A stretch of DNA of 64,000 bases. It comes from Paramoeba atlantica. Lineage: Eukaryota > Protista > Discosea. Location: contig CDRNVI010000055.1 of NCBI GenBank assembly GCA_977017575.1, forward strand, positions 1-64,000. Reading direction: 5' to 3'. Made by a program: the position numbers and the translations under genes. This document shows positions 52,419 to 62,451 of this stretch, in pieces (positions within the stretch are counted from its first letter, which is position 1; the number at the start of each line of letters is the position of its first letter). The notes beneath the pieces were generated by a model. It was not told the DNA's origin. It made no database searches and saw nothing but the letters and a program-made list of their open reading frames with translations.

Positions 52419-54377
52419 TCAGGAACTAGCATCAGTCTTCTGTGGTGAGTTTAGGAGTTCTCTTTTGTTAGTCGCATATTCGCGCTTGTCTTGTTTAAGT
52501 ACGTTGAGCAGACTGCTCACTAAACTGAGTCGTCTCAGAAGTTCTCGTTGTATCGCAAGCTTAACCAAGTGCCCCGTAAAGTGTTTGTGGTTCATACTTT
52601 TTCCAGAAGCACGTAGTATAGTGTCGGCTTCGTCCAAATTATCTAAAGTCCCGAAAAGACTACAATAGGGGTTTGCATCGATGATGTGTACATCATTTTG
52701 ACGAGGCTTGGGTTTGCGAAGCGATTCCACTCCTGACGGGCTCTCATTTTCGAAAGCGCTACGATTTACGCGAATATCATACCGAAAATAACCATCGTGT
52801 TTCAGTGATTTCCATGCTCGTCTTATAACAGTTTTCATGGTTTTGCGCAACTTTGCCTCTCGACGCGTTTGTACCATACGATAACTCAGGCACGCAGAGC
52901 TCTCTTTAGAATTATTTTCAGAAGCCATGGAACTTTGTTCACCGCGCTTGCTGTGAGGGCATTTGTCTGATGGGATACTCACGGAAAAATAACCCTCAAC
53001 ACCCCCATGTACAGTTGTAAGCGCCGCACCTTGAAAATTTCGTCCTCTTTTTGCTTGATAATTAGCATATTTATCCATGCGCCATTTAAGATCCTCGTGC
53101 TGAAATGTTTCTCCGGAAGGCAGGACAACCTCGATGGGATCTAACACAACCGCGGATGAAGCTCCTTTTCTATGCGAGTTTAATCGTCGTTTTATGAACT
53201 GAATTGCTGTAGCAGGTAAAACGACATTTTTTATCGACATTTGAGATGTCTTGCGAAGGTAGTTAAGCATAGTGTTTATAGTTCGTCGAACCTGAGACAG
53301 TGATATACAATACTTGGGCAACTCCTCGAATACCAAGGCTGCATATTCACGACCATCAATAAATTCTTCGCAAATCATATCTGGAACAGGAAAACCTTTG
53401 GCAACGCGTTCTAACTCCGTAAAGTTGTGCACTTTCGTATCCTTTCGTATGTGAGTCGATCCGCCAAAGTCAGTGTGCGGTTTCACAATAAGGGGAAAAT
53501 GTAATAAATCTTGTGTTATTTTCTCCGCCTTCTTTTCAGAGCTGTCCAGAGATTTGTTGACTGAATCGTAATCGGGTGACTGTATTTGAATCAGTAGTGA
53601 CTTTCCGTCCTCTGTCGGGCTCAAGTATTGGGTGCTGCGATCTCGAATAATAACGTAGCGCGGGCTATTTACCCCATTTTTCTTAATTTGAGATTTGAGA
53701 GTGGCAAAGTTTCTGGGAGATGCGCCTGTGTATGCGTGTCCATATGCCTCGTAAGTTGCGATAGCTCTCTTCCCCCCAATGGCACCTGTTTTCGTATCCT
53801 CTTCCACATTATCAATGAGATTTACAATCACAGCGTCACGCGGTAGATGTTTCACAATCTGCTCAAAGTTTTGCGCACTTACAATCACTAATTGTACATC
53901 ATGGTTTTCGGAGGCTAACCAAGAGAAATCATGAGATTCCGCTGGATACTGTGAAATAATGCGTATCTTCAATGGATTCGGGAGTAATGCAGCTTTTTCC
54001 AAAAGGGTTACCAAATCTTGACAGTGAGTGCGAAATTTCTCGGCCAAGACGTCAGGGGGAGACTCTATACGCGCTTGGGTAGGGCGTGCATCATTTTCAA
54101 GCCCGGTCGTAGTACCAGTTTTTAACGAATTCGTCATTAATGTGTTGTTTACATTTTTTTCATCACTGGTGGGTAAACAAGTTTCTGGCCGTGCAGTGTC
54201 TTGTTCTCTCTCACGCGTATCAGTTAATGTTTTTGAGGTCGCGATATGTGGACTGTACCCAAAGAACTTCACACCTGAAGTAAAGACTGTTGCACCTTGA
54301 GTAGACTTTGTATTGCAATAATGTGAACACCTTTGGAGTGTAGCCGTGAAGCGTCGCAACCGCAACAGCTGGGGCAT
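52419..54377 (-). CDS. ATP-grasp protein (D-Ala-D-Ala ligase-like fold), possible mitochondrial presequence
   Basis: YTGAS, FPLIVKP, CEEFIDGREY, GYFRYDIRV, IIDANP. ATG at 54377. Confidence 0.75.
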   Translation of the reverse strand: MPQLLRLRRFTATLQRCSHYCNTKSTQGATVFTSGVKFFGYSPHIATSKTLTDTREREQDTARPETCLPTSDEKNVNNTLMTNSLKTGTTTGLENDARPTQARIESPPDVLAEKFRTHCQDLVTLLEKAALLPNPLKIRIISQYPAESHDFSWLASENHDVQLVIVSAQNFEQIVKHLPRDAVIVNLIDNVEEDTKTGAIGGKRAIATYEAYGHAYTGASPRNFATLKSQIKKNGVNSPRYVIIRDRSTQYLSPTEDGKSLLIQIQSPDYDSVNKSLDSSEKKAEKITQDLLHFPLIVKPHTDFGGSTHIRKDTKVHNFTELERVAKGFPVPDMICEEFIDGREYAALVFEELPKYCISLSQVRRTINTMLNYLRKTSQMSIKNVVLPATAIQFIKRRLNSHRKGASSAVVLDPIEVVLPSGETFQHEDLKWRMDKYANYQAKRGRNFQGAALTTVHGGVEGYFSVSIPSDKCPHSKRGEQSSMASENNSKESSACLSYRMVQTRREAKLRKTMKTVIRRAWKSLKHDGYFRYDIRVNRSAFENESPSGVESLRKPKPRQNDVHIIDANPYCSLFGTLDNLDEADTILRASGKSMNHKHFTGHLVKLAIQRELLRRLSLVSSLLNVLKQDKREYATNKRELLNSPQKTDASS

Positions 54378-54660
54378 TACGAACAAGGGAATTTAAATAT
54401 GGGGGGTCAACGCTTTTTTTATAATATATTTTCCTGTAATTTTTTGAGGCACAGCAACTTATAATCATTATTTATCGATGAAACACGTTGGTTACAACCC
54501 AATGGATTGCGCGCAACACGTTTAAAACATGTAAAGTTTTGAGTCTATTTAAGAAGTATACATAAATTTCTTTGAGAGGAAGCGACTAATATTTAGCGTG
54601 AAATAGAGTGCTATGCACTACACCGTACTTACAGATGTACTTCCACCGAACTTTTACGAA

Positions 54661-55971
54661 TCACTTTCGACGATACAATAAGACGTATGCAATGTGGGCT
54701 TCTCCTACACCACGGAGTCGCATTATGTCCTCCTCACTAACACGGGCACTGTTCTCATCGTCAGCCACAATCCAACTGTTTTCGGGACCACGTACCCAAG
54801 CAACGTAGTGTCCCCCATCTCCCGTACGTCCTTTGTGGGAAACTATTCCGCAAAGTTCGTAGCACGTAGCAATACTTTGGTTCGAAGAACATTCTTCGCT
54901 TGCGCTATTTCCTTCTTTCTCGTTTGAGGACACTTTGCCTTCCTTCGGCTTTAGATCTTGTTTTAAATCTTCCACACAATGCGAAGAGAGATCAAGTACT
55001 AAAGGAAAAGTAACAGCTTTCAATATTTTGGCTTTCTGAGTTGTATCGTGCCGCCAGCTAAATCGCATCATATGCACATAGAGATATTCCGGCAAATGGG
55101 AAATTCTGGACAGTTTTTCCCATTTGGCATCTCGTTTTAAAGCATCCGAATATTTAATCATTTCTTCCTTCATGGAGAGTAATAGACCATTTTCAAGACA
55201 TGCCGTATCTTGTGATATGGTACAGCTCAACATAAGAGACGAAGTAGAGCTCATCTGTGGTTCCGTAGCCTCGTCTTCTAAACACCTCACACTTTCCCTT
55301 GATTCAATAACAAATAAACGACGAAACGACTTTTGTAGTGACTCCTTATCAAGGGATGCTCGTATGTGGTTCAGAATACAAGATAACGCTTCTTGGGCGT
55401 CTTGTTGTAAAAGTGCACCTTGAGTGTCCCGTTCCGCAAATTGGGGAAATGCGGCGTGGAAGGCTATTAAAAAGGCAAGGGGGTGACAAGCCTGGGAGTC
55501 ACTTTTTGTGAGCTCCTGGAGAAGATTTCCGAGCATGTTCACAAATGGAAAGTCCTTGCGACGGTTGTCGTCATTGTTTGGGAATAAAGAGGGTAGCTGT
55601 GGAATGCACAACAGCAATTGAATCGAAGCGTTAAGATAGCAAGTGTTTCCAATATTGTGGAGTCCCCGACGAAGAGACACATCTTGAATAGTTTCGGGAT
55701 CACTCTTTACAGTATCAAGCTTCGTGGCTGATGCGGAATTCTTTTTCATCGATGCGAGAGGGTCACAAGACCCTATCAAAAGCAGAGAACGTTTACCTTC
55801 CAATGTAGCCGACAGTGGGATGTCATCTTCGATCCGAGCTCCGATTAATTTTTGTCTATTAGATTCCACGCCCGTGAGACTCTGCAATTGGGCGCGAAGA
55901 ATGAGACCCGTGTCTTCAGGATCTGCCTCCAGGTCAAACGTTTTCTTTCCCCACTTCACGGTGATTCGCAT
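54661..55971 (-). CDS. USP14: Ubiquitin carboxyl-terminal hydrolase 14/Ubp6
   Basis: UBL domain VKWGKK, GLHNIGNTCYLN, QQDAQE, HKGR...GGHYVAWV. ATG at 55971. Confidence 0.93.
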   Translation of the reverse strand: MRITVKWGKKTFDLEADPEDTGLILRAQLQSLTGVESNRQKLIGARIEDDIPLSATLEGKRSLLLIGSCDPLASMKKNSASATKLDTVKSDPETIQDVSLRRGLHNIGNTCYLNASIQLLLCIPQLPSLFPNNDDNRRKDFPFVNMLGNLLQELTKSDSQACHPLAFLIAFHAAFPQFAERDTQGALLQQDAQEALSCILNHIRASLDKESLQKSFRRLFVIESRESVRCLEDEATEPQMSSTSSLMLSCTISQDTACLENGLLLSMKEEMIKYSDALKRDAKWEKLSRISHLPEYLYVHMMRFSWRHDTTQKAKILKAVTFPLVLDLSSHCVEDLKQDLKPKEGKVSSNEKEGNSASEECSSNQSIATCYELCGIVSHKGRTGDGGHYVAWVRGPENSWIVADDENSARVSEEDIMRLRGVGEAHIAYVLLYRRK

Positions 55972-56125
55972 TAGTAGGACTGATAAGAGAAGAATGAAGA
56001 AATAGATTGTGTGATAAAAGAAATAAACTGTGCGCTGTGTATATTTTGCCAATACATAGATCTATTTTTCAATAGAAGTGGGCTCTACTTTTCACATTCT
56101 ACAAGCACTATATGCCTCTCTATCT

Positions 56126-56914
56126 CTATACCGCCTCGGAGGTGGGCGCAGAAGAAGGCTGCGGTTCTACCTCCACCCCCACTTCGGATTCCTGTTCTTT
56201 ACTCGCAACACTTGCCGAGGTCGACTCTTGGGGAGCCGAAGTCGACACTGTGGAGGCATTCACGAGGTGCCATAGGTGCTGCAATCGTTCCACCTGAGAG
56301 GGAGTAGGTGCCGGGGGGTGGGGCCGACCTGTCCACCCACAGAACGCCCATTTCCGCTTGCTCAGTCCGCAGCCCAAGCACACGTGGGGGTAGAAGCCGT
56401 CAATTGGTCCACTAGATTTTTTTCTATGTGTTCGTTTCTTTTTTATGGGCGGTTCTTCTTCAGGCACTAATGCCAGTGCCTTTGTCTCATCCGCTGTTAG
56501 TGGTACGGAGAGTTCAGGTAGAACAGTTGAGCGTTCCATGGCGTTCGCATTTTCGGGAGTAATATATTTTCCTTTGTTTAGCTCAGTTTCGGTTGTAGGT
56601 ACTGTATTTGAATCGGGTGTAATCATTTCTGATAAACGCACGTCGCATCCATCTCCGACAGTTGTTGCACCCTGTTCGGAATCGAGAGCGTTCGTAAAGC
56701 TTTCATTTCTATTCTCATTCTGTTGAGTATCGGTGACATCATTAGTACTCAAGTTGTTTTGCTCCGCATGTACTGCGTCTGAACAAACAACGTTACCGCT
56801 CTTCCTATCTTGCCCAAACGAGTCGGGAGCACTGAGATCTGCAAATTCAGAGGGAGGTCGTGCATTCTGGTTCTGTGCGTCGCTCGAATCCGGAGTATCA
56901 AGTGAAGAAATCAT
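56126..56914 (-). CDS. Hypothetical protein with a CxxCG...FCxxTGxPH zinc-ribbon motif
   Basis: CLGCGLSKRKWAFCGWTGRPH after a disordered N-terminus. Confidence 0.65.
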   Translation of the reverse strand: MISSLDTPDSSDAQNQNARPPSEFADLSAPDSFGQDRKSGNVVCSDAVHAEQNNLSTNDVTDTQQNENRNESFTNALDSEQGATTVGDGCDVRLSEMITPDSNTVPTTETELNKGKYITPENANAMERSTVLPELSVPLTADETKALALVPEEEPPIKKKRTHRKKSSGPIDGFYPHVCLGCGLSKRKWAFCGWTGRPHPPAPTPSQVERLQHLWHLVNASTVSTSAPQESTSASVASKEQESEVGVEVEPQPSSAPTSEAV

Positions 56915-57449
56915 ATATCAATACGACGATGCTGTAAACTCTGAAAAAACATTTTTGGAGAATTGATTCTTTAAAAAATGCTTTTATTAAAAGCATGTAT
57001 TTTAAAATTCAAAAGCTGTAAAAAATATATTTTAAAATTCAAAAGCTGTACAAAAAAGTTGAAAGCGCTTCAAAAGCGCTTTTTTAAAATTTTAAAAGTT
57101 TCCTCGGGCCTTGAAGAGCATTCCAGTCCAAAAGGATATGAACGTCGGCTATTGGCATTTGGTTCAATCAGAAGAACCTGTCATAACAAGAGCCTTTTCC
57201 CTAGTTTCATAGTTCGAAGCTATGAGATTTCGAAAGGCTCAATGCCCGAAGGTCTCAACCAAACAAGTGAAAACAAAAGTTTGAACCATTAACTCATGCG
57301 TGTTGTCCTGGTGAGCTTCTATCTTAACGTTGATTTCGTTGCGGAATACCCCCACAAAATTCAATAAAAACTGCAATGTAGGGGGCGTGTGTAAAAAGGA
57401 GGTTCCGCTAAGACGTTCTGAGTGCCGAAAGTAGTGCCGTGTTCTGGGC

Positions 57450-58157
57450 CTACAAGAAGACCTCTATGAATCCCATGAAGTGTTTTACTACGCTATTCAA
57501 AAAACGGTGCCACATAATGCAAGTATGAGAGGTAAAAGAAATTTCGAATTGTAACGGTGCTAGTTCCCATGCTGGTTTTGGCATTGTTTCTATCTTTTCT
57601 TCAGTTTGAAGACCTTGATTGTGTTCGCTTTTTCCCTTCGAAGTACTGTCGTGTGCTACCTGTTTGTCGGGATTGTCTACCACCGGTGGTTTCAGCAGAT
57701 TTACTGGAATACACTGCTTGACTCGGAGATAAAAAAGAGGCGCATCGCTTGTAAAGTCTTCTGTTTCCCTATCATCCTTTTCTTCCAATCCGCTAGATAA
57801 ATCACTGTTTTGTGTAGGGTCTCTTCTGTAGTACTCAACATGATTCCCGCAGCGCGCTTGCATAGAGGCAGAGGTCAGTCTTCCATCCGCGACCGCGAGT
57901 ATTGTAGCCACAGACTTGATGTCCAGATATACACTGTGACGTCGAGTCATGTCAAAAGAAGGGCGTGAGAACTCTGTTGCCGATGAGTCGCGTGGGTAAT
58001 ACGTCACGAGTATGGACCCTTTCTCCAAATAGGTTACAGAAAAGCGGTACCCGTTTTTACCGGATTTCGGCATATGGTGAACATCGAAAGCAGGCCGTCT
58101 AAAGTCTGTGAGAGCTCGTGCGGACTTGCAACGAGCGATGTACGATCGCATCATCAT
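57450..58157 (-). CDS. Mitochondrial gRNA-binding protein, MRP1/MRP2 (gBP21/gBP25) family
   Basis: PAFDVHH, PSFDMTRRHSVYL, FEISF...MWHRFLNSVVKHFMGF resemble the trypanosome MRP Whirly fold; paralog unresolved. Confidence 0.75.
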   Translation of the reverse strand: MMMRSYIARCKSARALTDFRRPAFDVHHMPKSGKNGYRFSVTYLEKGSILVTYYPRDSSATEFSRPSFDMTRRHSVYLDIKSVATILAVADGRLTSASMQARCGNHVEYYRRDPTQNSDLSSGLEEKDDRETEDFTSDAPLFYLRVKQCIPVNLLKPPVVDNPDKQVAHDSTSKGKSEHNQGLQTEEKIETMPKPAWELAPLQFEISFTSHTCIMWHRFLNSVVKHFMGFIEVFL

Positions 58158-58486
58158 TCATGCATTTAAGCCCACCTTTGGAAATTTTATACCGAACCAA
58201 ATGTAGGACACTAGAAAATTAGTGACATAATTTCTTGAAAGTTTAATATATTTTAGAAGCGGTACGTCATTCTACGCTACTACTCGCGCAATACATGTAG
58301 GTAAATCATCGTAAGAAAACGAATGATTAAAATGAAACATCAAGTCTCTGAATGAAAATAGCCCATAAACGTCACCAAGTTCTATGTTACCTTAGTTTTT
58401 ATGGAATAGGTATACAATAGGTTTGAATGCGAATTAAATAAAAGCAATAGATTTTCTTATGACAGTATCACTATGCTGTGGTAGAT

Positions 58487-58798
58487 CTACTCCTGGGTCT
58501 GGGAATCGGGCTTTTTGGTTTCCGACTTTCCCCGAATAACATACGTGTGTCCAGGAATGTTTGCGTCGACCCGAGGGTTTTTAAAGGTGGTTACACTTTC
58601 ATCCTCACGGTGAAAACTCACCTCTTCGATGTCACCGATACCCGCGGCACCAAGTTTCTTCAGCATGCCTTGAAACTTTTTGTCGTCTCCTCCTGAAGTC
58701 TTGTGAACTCCTTTAGACTTTCGGCGCACCGTACCTTTCCCTCCAAGGCGTACAGCTTGGGCTCTTTTTTCCAGAAGCTCTTTCGTGACGCCAGTCAT
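58487..58798 (-). CDS. BTF3: NAC beta subunit / BTF3
   Basis: RLGGKGTVRRK, DDKKFQGMLKKLG, IEEV, FKNPRV. ATG at 58798. Confidence 0.92.
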   Translation of the reverse strand: MTGVTKELLEKRAQAVRLGGKGTVRRKSKGVHKTSGGDDKKFQGMLKKLGAAGIGDIEEVSFHREDESVTTFKNPRVDANIPGHTYVIRGKSETKKPDSQTQE

Positions 58799-59100
58799 TA
58801 AAATTGATTTAATAGATATTGTTAAGTTGATAGGATAAAAAAATGAAATGCCCAATAACAAAAGTATTGTATCTTTTACACAATTTATCGAGATTATTTC
58901 GTCGCTATGATGTGCAAATTATTTCGTTAACGCGAAGCCTTCATTAATATCCGTTTGGCGTTCTTTCGATCCTCCTATTCAGACTACGGCAGAAGATAAC
59001 GGCTCATCTTCAACGTTTAGTCTTTGCGTCCTGAAAATAGAAATCCAACGCACTGGGGGTTTCCTACTCGTCCACGTATGCTTGTTCGATGCAATAAATT

Positions 59101-60246
59101 TCATCTAACCAACGAATGAAGGAGTGAGAAGAATATGGAGAAAAATAAAAGAAATACGGAAATCATCCTTCTCCACGTGCCCATTATTCCACTTTGACGT
59201 AGGCGTGCTTTTTTAAGCTCTAAATGTGTCTCCGACAGATTGCTCTCATGCAAGTGACTGTCGTCTAAGAGATCATGAAGACTCTGATGTTGGGACTCCA
59301 CATGTGACTGTAACATTTGATTTAGTTCGGCCACTTGGTGGACACGATTCACAGTGTCTGCTTTTATTGCCTCATCGAGTTCTAAGCGCGAATGCATAAT
59401 TGATGGAGGAAATTTATTTTCCTCTGAGAAATTATCCTTTACCTCATCTGCGAATGTCTCTACTCTGCCCAATGTAGCGGCAGATGGGGCCGAATAGTGA
59501 TGGCGGGACAGCCGTAGTCTCGGGACAGGTAAAATACCGAATGGAGCTTTAAAAACCAGAAGCTGCTGGTCCCACACCTTAATAATTCGTAATGTAATGT
59601 ACTTTGTCACATCCTGCAATTCTTTCTTGAGTCGCTGAAGAAGCAAACGAATATGACCAATCCATTGGGGACATACAAAGTCATTTCTTCGACGCAGTAA
59701 ATTTAACATCTTTTTCGATGTCTCTACTTTATTAATTAGGAGCTTATCATCAACAATTACGCGAAGTACACTGGGACACCTTCCGGAATTTGAAGTGTTG
59801 TTAGATAAATTGGAAGGAGCACTACTACTGCCTCCTTCAGAAAGTGTATTTTGGATAGCATCCTCCATAGATATTTTCAAGGCATCATACTGGACCCTCC
59901 TTTTTCTCCATTGCTCCGGTGAGGAATAACTAACCACTAAATCTTCATTCAATAGGAATAATTTCAAACCCACACAGTGATATGTACTTCGGATATCGAC
60001 TTTTCCGCAAATATCTTTATGTACCATAACAAAGAATTCGGCTAGCATTGCGCGTACTCGGAATGTGATCAAAGAAATAAACTGTACGACGGATTTAAAC
60101 TCAAGTTGGTTGTAAGGAAAATATTTCGGAGCATCAGAGACACGGTTTGGTTGCGCAACCGCATTTGTGTTATTTTGAAGAGATGTTACCATACTTTGAA
60201 ACCGTAGTGTATGCTCCATATAGACCGTAGAGTCTAAAAAAGTCAT
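59101..60246 (-). CDS. Tail-anchored SNARE-like protein (Use1-like)
   Basis: C-terminal heptad coil and terminal TM segment (MISVFLLFFSIFFSLL). First ATG at 60246. Confidence 0.6.
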   Translation of the reverse strand: MTFLDSTVYMEHTLRFQSMVTSLQNNTNAVAQPNRVSDAPKYFPYNQLEFKSVVQFISLITFRVRAMLAEFFVMVHKDICGKVDIRSTYHCVGLKLFLLNEDLVVSYSSPEQWRKRRVQYDALKISMEDAIQNTLSEGGSSSAPSNLSNNTSNSGRCPSVLRVIVDDKLLINKVETSKKMLNLLRRRNDFVCPQWIGHIRLLLQRLKKELQDVTKYITLRIIKVWDQQLLVFKAPFGILPVPRLRLSRHHYSAPSAATLGRVETFADEVKDNFSEENKFPPSIMHSRLELDEAIKADTVNRVHQVAELNQMLQSHVESQHQSLHDLLDDSHLHESNLSETHLELKKARLRQSGIMGTWRRMISVFLLFFSIFFSLLHSLVR

Positions 60247-60783
60247 GGGTAATATTTTTATGCCAGCAGTCAAGGGACTGTTTCGCTTAGCCTACGTCAT
60301 TTTTGCGTGATCTGACTTCAAACTCCGCTAGGGTGGTTTTCTGACAAGCAAGAAGACATAACCCTTTCTCAAAATAAACTAAAAACTCTTGCAAATTTAA
60401 CGGTATATCTCTTGAAAACGCCTTGAAAAGGCCCAAGAGGGTGTTTAAAGATAGAAAAAATATATTCAAATGCATTATCGGTGACAAGTTTCCATCAAAA
60501 TCGTCATAAAAAGAGTTGAGCTTTCTCCGAACCTCGTTTCATTTTTGACAGAGTACAAATTCGTAAGAAACTTCGTATTACAGAACCGTTTATATTCTCA
60601 ATTGTGGTACGGACTTTACAATTTGACAGAAATGGTAAGAATTCAGACAGATTTGCAATTGATCAAGCTCGACAAATCCGATATCGTGCAAATCTCTGGG
60701 CCGTGTGCTTGCAGCTTCGAGCTGTGCACACGAGAAAGCGTTTGAGCACACAAGAGCAACGGCTACGCTCTCTGCTGTTTTTC

Positions 60784-61173
60784 TTAAAATACATGGAAGA
60801 TGCCGTAAGAAAGCGTCCACAAAAGCACGAATGTCAATAAGGACTCCGTCAGTGAATTTAATGGAAACAATTCGTCGTACGATGTGAAGTAAGACGCGAG
60901 ATGAAGGTTGTCCCACCTGCATGTCCTCGGTCTAGAGTATTTTATGTTTGGTAAAGTACAGAAAAATGTACAGAGAGACATCACATGTCCAACAGCTAAC
61001 AAGCAGAACCCGTAAGTGCCCTCAATACAGAAGACACCAGCTAGAACTCCAGACAGGACAGACTGCAAGACAATCAATTTGTTCAATTGTTTAGCGTTGT
61101 GCTCGGCATATCTTTTGTCGATAATAGCATCCGATCCCCACAATCGGAGAGCGGCATCCTCGGGAAAAATCAT
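60784..61173 (-). CDS. EMC6: ER membrane complex subunit 6
   Basis: HN...SVLSGVLAGVFCIEGTYGF...LTFVLLWTLSYGIFHVF. ATG at 61173. Confidence 0.85.
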   Translation of the reverse strand: MIFPEDAALRLWGSDAIIDKRYAEHNAKQLNKLIVLQSVLSGVLAGVFCIEGTYGFCLLAVGHVMSLCTFFCTLPNIKYSRPRTCRWDNLHLASYFTSYDELFPLNSLTESLLTFVLLWTLSYGIFHVF

Positions 61174-61488
61174 AAAGCGAATACAAGCTATGGGTGGGGC
61201 GTTCAATATTCTGATAGCTGTAGGCTCATAGTTCAATAATACAGATCATGTATTTCACCTATCAAACCCAGAAAACAAAGAACTCAAAGATCTTTTCTTA
61301 TTGAAACAGCAAAAATTGGGATTCATGAATATCTAGTTATTCGCTCAACGACATTGGTCATTGGGTCGAATTGACGTTTGAGATTCGTCAATTACATGTT
61401 TTGGAGTATGATTTTTACAGAAAGTTGAAATATTTCTATCGGGGTACAAATCCTCGCACAAATTCAAATTCCCCCTCTTCACGACACC

Positions 61489-62196
61489 CTAATCCCCTGC
61501 CAGAATATTCGCCGCCATTTCCACATCCCCACCCACCTGATCCAAAATATGCGCCATATCACTCACCGACACCGCAAACCCCATCTCCTGCAACGCACGA
61601 ACCTGTCCAACATACGGACCCGCACCCGTCGTCGATGAGATTGTGGTCGACAAACTCACCGACGGCGACATGGTCCCCACATTCCCCTCCCCCTCCTTTC
61701 CCTCCCCCCCTACGCTACTCCCCCCTGCCATCCCCTCCACCCTCCGCACGTACCTCCCCCTGTCGTGCCTCCACTCCCGGAGCGCGTCGACGTTCGCGGG
61801 GGCGTCGGCCTCGGAGGGGTCCGGGTCGGCCAGCAGCGACAGGAAGCTCAGCACGATCTTGTCGACCCCGAGCACGGGGCTCCACCGCAGGCAGTCCTCC
61901 CGGTTCCCCTGGGGCGGGTGCAGGATCGTCATGCAGACCCGCCCGTCGGGGTACACGTTGGGGTGCCAGAACGGGGAGGTGATGCGCATCTCGGGGGGCA
62001 TCATGGGGAAGTCCCGGGGGAAGGCCAGGGAGGCGGTGAAGGTGAGGCCGTGGTAGGGGGAGTCCGGGGGACCGCGCAGGGTGAGGTCCCAGGCGAAGAG
62101 GTTGGCCTCGGAGACGTAGGTGCAGGAGAGGACGCCGTCGGAGGGGGGGAAGGACTGCATCAGGGCCATGTTTTTTTGCAGCACGCGGTGGGCCAT
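61489..62196 (-). CDS. Ubiquitin-conjugating E2 (Ubc7/Cdc34-like) with C-terminal UBA
   Basis: FWHPNVYPDGRVCMTILHPP, WSPV, PANVDA; UBA-like LQEMGF...LDQVGGDVEMAANIL. Confidence 0.9.
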   Translation of the reverse strand: MAHRVLQKNMALMQSFPPSDGVLSCTYVSEANLFAWDLTLRGPPDSPYHGLTFTASLAFPRDFPMMPPEMRITSPFWHPNVYPDGRVCMTILHPPQGNREDCLRWSPVLGVDKIVLSFLSLLADPDPSEADAPANVDALREWRHDRGRYVRRVEGMAGGSSVGGEGKEGEGNVGTMSPSVSLSTTISSTTGAGPYVGQVRALQEMGFAVSVSDMAHILDQVGGDVEMAANILAGD

Positions 62197-62451
62197 GGGG
62201 AGGGGAGCGGGGTGGAAAGGGGTTAAGGAAAAGAATGGGCGACAAAGATAAAGGAGAAGTGGAGTGAAAAATTTACTTTTTGAGAGTCATAACAATTCCC
62301 AAATCTTCTTTAATGTAATGTTCGAATAACCATTAAAAAAAGATGGGTACCGACCACAGTTTCGTTATCCAATAAGGGATGAACCACTCACACGTTGCAT
62401 GCTTCATCCACGTCGCACATCCACGGGGATTTGGCTACACCTCCAACGACC

